This document shows, piece after piece, positions 1-9,000 of a DNA stretch of 64,000 nt; position 1 is the stretch's first letter, and each line of letters begins with the position of its first letter. The position numbers were made by a program, and so were the translations under genes. Source of the stretch: Eledone cirrhosa (taxonomy: Eukaryota); the NCBI GenBank assembly GCA_964016885.1, contig OZ024740.1, forward strand, positions 9,734,001-9,798,000. Direction: 5' to 3'. Under the pieces are notes generated by a model, which was not told the origin of the DNA, did not search any database, and worked only from the letters and a program-made list of their open reading frames with translations.

Positions 1-67
1 TGGTCATCTGGTTTAGGCTTGTCACCAGACTGAGAGAGAGGTATTGGTGGTAGTCTTGTGGTTGATG

Positions 68-80
68 TGACCACTGGTCA
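68..80. other. 13-bp odd palindrome TGACCA-C-TGGTCA in most monomers (first full copy shown)
   Basis: TGACCA and TGGTCA are exact reverse complements separated by one base. Confidence 0.95.
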
Positions 81-317
81 TCTGGTTTAGGCTTGTCACC
101 AGACTGAGAGAGAGGTGCTGGTGGTAGTCGTGTGGTTGATGTGACCACTGGTCATCTGGTTTAGGCTTGTCACCAGACTGAGAGAGGGGTGCTGGTGGTA
201 GTCGTGTGGTTGATGTGACCACTGGTCATCTGGTTTAGGCTTGTCACCAGACTGAGAGAGGGGTGCTGGTGATAGTCTTGTGGTTGATGTGACCACTGGT
301 CTTCTGGTTTAGGCTTG

Positions 318-3300
318 TCACCAGACTGAGAGAGAGGTGCTAGTGGTAGTCTTGCGGTTGATGTGACCTCTGGTCATCTGGTTTAGGTTTGTCACCAGAC
401 TGAGAGAGATGTGCAAGTGGTAGTCTTGTGGTTGATGTGACCACTGGTCATCTGGTTTAGGTTTGTCACCAGACATAGAAAGGGGTGCTGGTGGTAGTCT
501 TGTGGTTGATGTGACCACTGGTCATCTAGTCTAGCCTTGTCACCAGACTGAGAAAGGGGTGCTGGTGGTAGTCTTGTGGTTGATGTGACCTCTGGTCATC
601 TGGTTTAGATTTGTCACCAGACTGAGAGAGGGGTGCTGGTGGTAGTCTTGTGGTTGATGTGACCTCTGGTCATCTGGTTTAGGCTTGTCACCAGACTGAG
701 AGAGAGGTGCTGGAGGTAGTCGTGTGGTTGATGTGACCACTGGTCATCTGGTTTAGGCTTGTCACCAGACTGAGAGAGGAGTGCTGGGAGTAGTCTTGTG
801 GTTGATGTGACCACTGGTCATCTGATTTAGGCTTGTCACCAGACTGAGAGAGGGGTGCTTGTGGTAGTCTTGTGGTTGATGTGACCACTGGTTATCTGGT
901 TTAGGCTTGTCACCAGACTGAGAGAGGGGTGCTGGTGGTAGTCTTGTGGTTGATGTGACCACTGGTCATCTGGTTTAAGCTTGTCACCAGACTGAGAGTG
1001 GGGTGCTGGTGGTAGTCTTGTGGTTGATGTGACCACTGGTCATCTGGTTTAGGCTTGTCACCAGACTGAGAGAGGGGTGCTGGTGGTAGTCTTGTGGTTG
1101 ATGTGACCACTGGTCATCTGGTTTAGGCTTGTCACCAGACTGAGAGAGGGGTGCTGGTGGTAGTCGTGTGGTTGATGTGACCACTGGTCATCTGGTTTAG
1201 GCTTGTCACCAGACTGAGAGAGAGGTGCTGGTGGTAGTCTTGCGGTTGATGTGACCACTGGTCATCTGGTTTAGGCTTGTCACCAGACTGAGAGAGAGGT
1301 ATTGGTGGTAGTCTTGTGGTTGATGTGACCACTGGTCATCTGGTTTAGGCTTGTCACCAGACTGAGAGAGAGGTGCTGGTGGTAGTCGTGTGGTTGATGT
1401 GACCACTGGTCATCTGGTTTAGGCTTGTCACCAGACTGAGAGAGGGGTGCTGGTGGTAGTCGTGTGGTTGATGTGACCACTGGTCATCTGGTTTAGGCTT
1501 GTCACCAGACTGAGAGAGGGGTGCTGGTGATAGTCTTGTGGTTGATGTGACCACTGGTCTTCTGGTTTAGGCTTGTCACCAGACTGAGAGAGAGGTGCTG
1601 GTGGTAGCCGTGTGGTTGATGTGACTACTGGTCATCTAGTCTAGGTTTGTCACCAGACTGAGAGAGAGGTGCTGGTGGTAGTCGTGTGGTTGATGTGATC
1701 TCTGGTCATCTGGTTTAGGCTTGTCACCAGACTGAGAGAGGGGTGCTGGTGGTAGTCTTGCGGTTGATGTGACCACTGGTCATCTAGTCTAGGTTTGTCA
1801 CCAGACTGAGAGAGAGGTGCTGGTGGTAGTCTTGCGGTTGATGTGACCACTGGTCATCTGGTTTAGGTATGTTTACCAGACTGAGAGAGGGGTGCTGGTT
1901 GTAGTCTTGTGGTTGATGTGACCACTGGTCATCTGGTTTAGGTTTGTCACCATACTGAGAGAGGGGTGCTTGTGGTAGTCTTGTGGTTGATGAGACCACT
2001 GGTCATCTGGTTTAGGTTTGTCACCATACTGAGAGAGGGGTGCTGGTGGTAGTCTTGTGGTTGATGTGACCACTGGTCAACTGGTTTAGGTTTGTCACCA
2101 GACTGAGAAAGGGGTGCTGGTGATAGTCTTGTGGTTGATGTGACCACTGGTCATCTGGTTTAGGTTTGTCACCAGACTGAGAAAGGGGTGCTGGTGGTAG
2201 TCTTGTGGTTGACGTGACCACTGGTCATCTGGTTTAGGCTTGTCACCAGACTGAGAGAGAAGTGCTGGTGGTAGTCTTGTGGTTGATGTGACCACTGGTC
2301 ATCTGGTTTAGGCTCGTCACCAGACTGAGAGAGAGGTGCTGGTGGTAGTCTTGTGGTTGATGTGACCACTGGTCATCTGGTTTAGGCTTGTCACCAGAGT
2401 GAGAAAGGGGTGCTGGTGGTAGTCTTGTGGTTGATGTGACCACTGGTCATCTGGTTTAAGCTTGTCACCAGACTGAGAAAGGGGTGCTGGTGGTAGTCTT
2501 TTGGTTGATGTGACCACTGGTCATCTGGTCTAGGCTTGTCACCAGACTGAGAGAGAGGTGCTGGTGGTAGTCTTGTGGTTGATGTGACCACTGGTCATCT
2601 GGTTTATGCTTGTCACCAGACTGAGAGAGAAGTGCTGGTGGTAGTCTTGTGGTTGATGTGACCACTGGTCATCTGGTTTAGGCTTGTCACCAGACTGAGA
2701 GAGAGCTGCTGGTGGTAGTCTTGTGGTTGATGTGACCACTGGTCATCTAGTATAGGTTTGTCACCAAACTGAGAGAGAGGTGCTGGTGGTAGTCGTGTGG
2801 TTGATGTGACCACTGGTCATCTGGTTTAGGTTTGTCACCAGACAGAGAAAGGGGTGCTGGTGGTAGTCTTGTGGTTGATGTGACCACTGGTCATCTGGTT
2901 TAGGTTTGTCACCAGACAGTGAAAGGGGTGCTGGTGGTAGTATTGTGGTTGATGTGACCACTGGTCATCTGGTTTAGGTTTGTCACCAGACAGAGAAAGG
3001 GGTGCTGGTGATAGTCCTGTGGTTGATGTGACCACTGGTCATCTGGTTTAGGTTTGTCACCAGACTGAGAGAGAGGTGCTAGTGGTAGTCTTGCGGTTGA
3101 TGTGACCTCTGGTCATCTGGTTTAGGTTTGTCACCAGACTGAGAGAGATGTGCTAGTGGTAGTCTTGTGGTTGATGTGACCACTGGTCATCTGGTTTAGG
3201 TTTGTCACCAGACATAGAAAGGGGTGCTGGTGGTAGTCTTGTGGTTGATGTGACCACTGGTCATCTAGTCTAGCCTTGTCACCAGACTGAGAAAGGGGTG

Positions 3301-6070
3301 CTGGTGGTAGTCTTGTGGTTGATGTGACCTCTGGTCATCTGGTTTAGATTTGTCACCAGACTGAGAGAGGGGTGCTGGTGGTAGTCTTGTGGTTGATGTG
3401 ACCACTGGTCATCTGGTTTAGGTTTGTCACCAGACTGAGAGAGAGAGAGGGGTGCTGGTGGTAGTCTTGTGGTTGATGTGACCTCTGGTCATCTGGTTTA
3501 GGCTTGTCACCAGACTGAGAGAGAGGTGCTGGAGGTAGTCGTGTGGTTGATGTGACCACTGGTCATCTGGTTTAGGCTTGTCACCAGACTGAGAGAGGAG
3601 TGCTGGGAGTAGTCTTGTGGTTGATGTGACCACTGGTCATCTGATTTAGGCTTGTCACCAGACTGAGAGAGGGGTGCTGGTGGTAGTCTTGTGGTTGATG
3701 TGACCACTGGTTATCTGGTTTAGGCTTGTCACCAGACTGAGAGAGGGGTGCTGGTGGTAGTCTTGTGGTTGATGTGACCACTGGTCATCTGGTTTAAGCT
3801 TGTCACCAGACTGAGAGTGGGGTGCTGGTGGTAGTCTTGTGGTTGATGTGACCACTGGTCATCTGGTTTAGGCTTGTCACCTGACTGAGAGAGGGGTGCT
3901 GGTGGTAGTCTTGTGGTTGATGTGACCACTGGTCATCTGGTTTAGGCTTGTCACCAGACTGAGAGAGGGGTGCTGGTGGTAGTCGTGTGGTTGATGTGAC
4001 CACTGGTCATCTGGTTTAGGCTTGTCACCAGACTGAGAGAGAGGTGCTGGTGGTAGTCTTGCGGTTGATGTGACCACTGGTCATCTGGTTTAGGCTTGTC
4101 ACCAGACTGAGAGAGAGGTGCTGGTGGTAGTCGTGTGGTTGATGTGACCACTGGTCATCTGGTTTAGGCTTGTCACCAGACTGAGAGAGGGGTGCTGGTG
4201 GTAGTCTTGTGGTTGATGTGACCACTGGTCATCTGGTTTAGGCTTGTCACCAGACTGAGAAAGGGGTGCTGGTGGTAGTCTTGTGGTTGATGTGACCACT
4301 GGTCATCTGGTTTAGGCTTGTCACCAGACTGAGAGAGAGGTGCTGGTGGTAGTCGTGTGGTTGATGTGACCACTGGTCATCTGGTTTAGGCTTGTCACCA
4401 GACTGAGAGAGGGGTGCTGGTGGTAGTCGTGTGGTTGATGTGACCACTGGTCATCTGGTTTAGGCTTGTCACCAGACTGAGAGAGGGGTGCTGGTGGTAG
4501 TCTTGTGGTTGATGTGACCACTGGTCATCTGGTTTAGGCTTGTCACCAGACTGAGAAAGGGGTGCTGGTGGTAGTCTTGTGGTTGATGTGACCACTGGTC
4601 ATCTGGTTTAGGCTTGTCACCAGACTGAGAGAGAGGTGCTGGTGGTAGTCGTGTGGTTGATGTGACCACTGGTCATCTGGTTTAGGCTTGTCACCAGACT
4701 GAGAGAGGGGTGCTGGTGGTAGTCGTGTGGTTGATGTGACCACTGGTCATCTGGTTTAGGCTTGTCACCAGACTGAGAGAGGGGTGCTGGTGATAGTCTT
4801 GTGGTTGATGTGACCACTGGTCTTCTGGTTTAGGCTTGTCACCAGACTGAGAGAGAGGTGCTGGTGGTAGCCGTGTGGTTGATGTGACTACTGGTCATCT
4901 AGTCTAGGTTTGTCACCAGACTGAGAGAGAGGTGCTGGTGGTAGTCGTGTGGTTGATGTGATCTCTGGTCATCTGGTTTAGGCTTGTCACCAGACTGAGA
5001 GAGGGGTGCTGGTGGTAGTCTTGCGGTTGATGTGACCACTGGTCATCTAGTCTAGGTTTGTCACCAGACTGAGAGAGAGGTGCTGGTGGTAGTCTTGCGG
5101 TTGATGTGACCACAGGTCATCTGGTTTAGGTATGTTTACCAGACTGAGAGAGGGGTGCTGGTTGTAGTCTTGTGGTTGATGTGACCACTGGTCATCTGGT
5201 TTAGGTTTGTCACCATACTGAGAGAGGGGTGCTTGTGGTAGTCTTGTGGTTGATGTGACCACTGGTCATCTGGTTTAGGTTTGTCACCATACTGAGAGAG
5301 GGGTGCTGGTGGTAGTCTTGTGGTTGATGTGACCACTGGTCAACTGGTTTAGGTTTGTCACCAGACTGAGAAAAGGGTGCTGGTGATAGTCTTGTGGTTG
5401 ATGTGACCACTGGTCATCTGGTTTAGGTTTGTCACCAGACTGAGAAAGGGGTGCTGGTGGTAGTCTTGTGGTTGACGTGACCACTGGTCATCTGGTTTAG
5501 GCTTGTCACCAGACTGAGAGAGAAGTGCTGGTGGTAGTCTTGTGGTTGATGTGACCACTGGTCATCTGGTTTAGGCTCGTCACCAGACTGAGAGAGAGGT
5601 GCTGGTGGTAGTCTTGTGGTTGATGTGACCACTGGTCATCTGGTTTAGGCTTGTCACCAGAGTGAGAAAGGGGTGCTGGTGGTAGTCTTGTGGTTGATGT
5701 GACCACTGGTCATCTGGTTTAAGCTTGTCACCAGACTGAGAAAGGGGTGCTGGTGGTAGTCTTTTGGTTGATGTGACCACTGGTCATCTGGTCTAGGCTT
5801 GTCACCAGACTGAGAGAGAGGTGCTGGTGGTAGTCTTGTGGTTGATGTGACCACTGGTCATCTGGTTTATGCTTGTCACCAGACTGAGAGAGAAGTGCTG
5901 GTGGTAGTCTTGTGGTTGATGTGACCACTGGTCATCTGGTTTAGGCTTGTCACCAGACTGAGAGAGAGGTGCTGGTGGTAGTCTTGTGGTTGATGTGACC
6001 ACTGGTCATCTAGTATAGGTTTGTCACCAAACTGAGAGAGAGGTGCTGGTGGTAGTCGTGTGGTTGATGT
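318..6070. repeat. Older tandem block duplication (~318-2810 vs ~3057-6070) with internal monomer gains
   Basis: Shared rare markers are 'agacatagaa' 471/3210, 'ggagtgctgggag' ~778/3597, 'ggtcttctgg' ~1556/4819, 'ggctcgtc' 2311/5574 and 'tttatgctt' ~2603/5866. The offset grows from 2,739 to 3,263 across the block. Confidence 0.9.
1867..1880 (+). repeat. Diagnostic 75-bp monomer junction 'ggtatgtttaccag' that marks the higher-order cassette (first copy shown; about 28 copies by eye)
   Basis: A +1 insertion plus substitutions relative to 'ggcttgtcaccag'. It shifts the ORF-track phase by 1 each time and is nearly always followed by 'gctggttgtag'. Confidence 0.93.
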
Positions 6071-9000
6071 GACCACTGGTCATCTGGTTTAGGTTTGTCA
6101 CCATACTGAGAGAGGGGTGCTGGTGGTAGTCGTGTGGTTGATGTAACCACTGGTCATCTGGTTTAGGTTTGTCACCACACTGAGAGAGGGGTGCTGGTGG
6201 TAGTCTTGTGGTTGATGTGACCACTGGTCATCTGGTGTAGGTTTTTCACCAGACTGAGAGAGGGGTGCTGGTGATAGTCTTGTGGTTGATGTGACCACTG
6301 GTCATCTGGTTTAGGTTTGTTACCAGACTGAGAGAGAGGTGCTGGTGGTAGTCTTGTGGTTGATGTGACCACTGGTCATCTGGTTTAGGCTTGTCACCAG
6401 ACTGAAGGAGGGGTGCTGGTGGTAGTCTTGTGGTTGATGTGACCACTGGTCATCTGGTTTAGGCTTGTCACCAGACTGAGAGAGGGTTTCTGGTGGTAGT
6501 CTTGTGGTTGATGTGACCACTGGTCATCTGGTTTAGGCTTGTCACCAGACTGAGAGAGGGTTTCTGGTGGTAGTCTTGTGGTTGATGTGACCACTGGTCA
6601 TCTGGTTTAGGCTTGTCACCAGACTGAGAGAGAGGTGCTGGTGGTAGTCTTGTGGTTGATGTAACCACTGGTCATCTGGTTTAGGCTTGTCACCAGACTG
6701 AGAGAGGGTGCTGGTGGTAGTCTTGTGGTTGATGTGACCACTGGTCATCTGGTTTAGGCTTGTCACCAGACTGATGGAGGGGTGCTGGTGGTAGTCTTGT
6801 GGTTTATGTGACCACTGGTCATCTGGTTTAGACTTGTCACCAGACTGAGAGAAGGGTGCTAGTGGTAGTCTTGTGGTTGATGTGACCACTGGTCATCTGG
6901 TTTAGGTTTGTCACCAGACTGAGAGAGGGGTGGTGGTGGTGGTCTTGTGGTTGATGTGACCACTGGTCATCTGGTTTAGGTTTGTCACCAGACTGAGAGA
7001 GGGGTGCTGGTGGTTGTCTTTTATTGATGTGACCACTGGTCATCTGGTTTAGGCTTGTCACCAGACTGAGAGAGGGGTGCTGGTGGTAGTCTTGTGGTTG
7101 ATGTAACCACTGGTCATCTGGTTTAGGTTTGTCACCAGACTGAGGAAGGGGTGCTGGTGGTAGTCTTGTGGTTGATGTGACCACTGGTCATCTGGTTTAG
7201 GCTTGTCACCAGACTGAGAGAGAGGTGCTGGTGGTAGTCTTGTGGTTGATGTGACCACTGGTCATCTGGTTTAGGCTTGTCACCAGACTGAGAGAGGGGT
7301 GCTGGTGGTATTCTTGTGGTTGATGTGACCACTGGTCATCTGGTTTAGGTTTGTCACCAGACTGAGAAAGGAGTGCTGGTGGTAGTCTTGTGGTTGATGT
7401 GACCACTGGTCATCTGGTTTAGGCTTGTCACCAGACAGAGAGAGAGGTGCTGGTGGTTGTCTTGTGGTTGATGTGACCTCTGGTCATCTGGTTTAGGCTT
7501 GTCACCAGACTGAGAGAGAGGTGCTGGTGGTAGTCTTGTGGTTGATGTGACCACTGGTCATCTGGTTTAGGCTTGTCACCAGACAGAGAGAGAGGTGCTG
7601 GTGGTTGTCTTGTGGTTGATGTGACCTCTGGTCATCTGGTTTAGGCTTGTCACCAGACAGAGAGAGAGGTGCTGGTGGTTGTCTTGTGGTTGATGTGACC
7701 TCTGGTCATCTGGTTTAGGCTTGTCACCAGACTGAGAGAGGGGTGCTGGTGGTAGTCTTGTGGTTGATGTGACCACTGGTGTTCTGGTTTAGGTTTGTCA
7801 CCAGACTGAGAAAGGGGTGCTGGTGGTAGTCTTGTGGTTGATGTGACCACTGGTCATCTGGTTTAGGTTTTTCACCAGACTGAGAGAGGGGTGCTGGTGG
7901 TAGTCTTGTGGTTGATGTGACCACTGGTCATCTGGTTTAGGCTCGTCACCAGACTGAGAGAGGGGTGCTGGTGGTAGTCGTGTGGTTGATGTGACCACTG
8001 GTCATCTGGTTTAGGCTTGTCACCAGACTGAGAGAGGGGTGCTGGTGGTAGTCTTGTGGTTGATGTGACCACTGGTCATCTGGTTTAGGCTTGTCACCAG
8101 ACTGAGAGAGGGTTACTGGTGGTAGTCTTGTGGTTGGTGTGACCTCTGGTCATCTGGTTTAGGCTTGTCACCAGACTGAGAGAGAGGTGCTGGTGTTGGT
8201 CGTGTGGTTGATGTGACCACTGGTCATCTGGTTTAGGTTTGTCACCAGACTGAGAGAGGGGTGCTGGTGGTAGTCTTGCGGTTGATGTGACCACTGGTCA
8301 TCTAGTCTAGGTTTGTCACCAGACTGAGAGAGAGGTGCTGGTGGTAGTCGTGCGGTTGATGTGACCACTGGTCATCTAGTCTAGGTTTGTCACCAGACTG
8401 AGAGAGAGGTGCTGGTGGTAGTCTTGCAGTTGATGTGACCACTGGTCATCTGGTTTAGGTATGTTTACCAGACTGAGAGAGGGGTGCTGGTTGTAGTCTT
8501 GTGGTTGATGTGACCACTGGTCATCTGGTTTAGGTTTGTCACCATACTGAGAGAGGGGTGCTGGTGGTAGTCTTGTGGTTGATGTGACCACTGGTCAACT
8601 GGTTTAGGTTTGTCACCAGACTGAGAAAGGGGTGCTGGTGATAGTCTTGTGGTTGATGTGACCACTGGTCATCTGGTTTAGGTTTGTCACCAGACTGAGA
8701 AAGGGGTGCTGGTGGTAGTCTTGTGGTTGACGTGACCACTGGTCATCTGGTTTAGGCTTGTCACCAGACTGAGAGAGTGGTGCTGGTGGTAGTCTTGTGG
8801 TTGATGTGACCACTGGTCATCTGGTTTAGGCTTGTCACCAGACTGAGAGAGGGGTGCTGGTGGTAGTCGTGTGGTTGATGTGACCACTGGTCATCTGGTT
8901 TAGGCTTGTCACCAGACTGAGAGAGAGGTGCTGGTGGTAGTCTTGCGGTTGATGTGACCACTGGTCATCTGGTTTAGGCTTGTCACCAGACTGAGAGAGA

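Noticed and set aside
87-92. Telomere-like TTAGGC / TTAGG motif
   Set aside because: It occurs as one isolated copy per monomer, is never tandem and is often mutated. That is not enough to call telomeric repeat or infer a taxon.
104-117. Minus-strand splice-acceptor-like CCTCTCTCTCAG
   Set aside because: It is the complement of the GA tract. There is no convincing donor site or exon structure, and it is repeated in every unit.
98-125. Hammerhead ribozyme, as found in some satellites (CTGA.. motif near short stems)
   Set aside because: The core needs CUGANGA plus a downstream GAAA between helices. The consensus reads CTGAGAG and lacks a properly placed GAAA on either strand. Only rare variants (ctgagga, ctgatga) match half the core.
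114-135. G-quadruplex potential on the G-rich strand
   Set aside because: The runs are mostly GG, with at most one GGGG per monomer. No canonical four-G3-tract motif exists, so at best a weak two-tier structure is possible.
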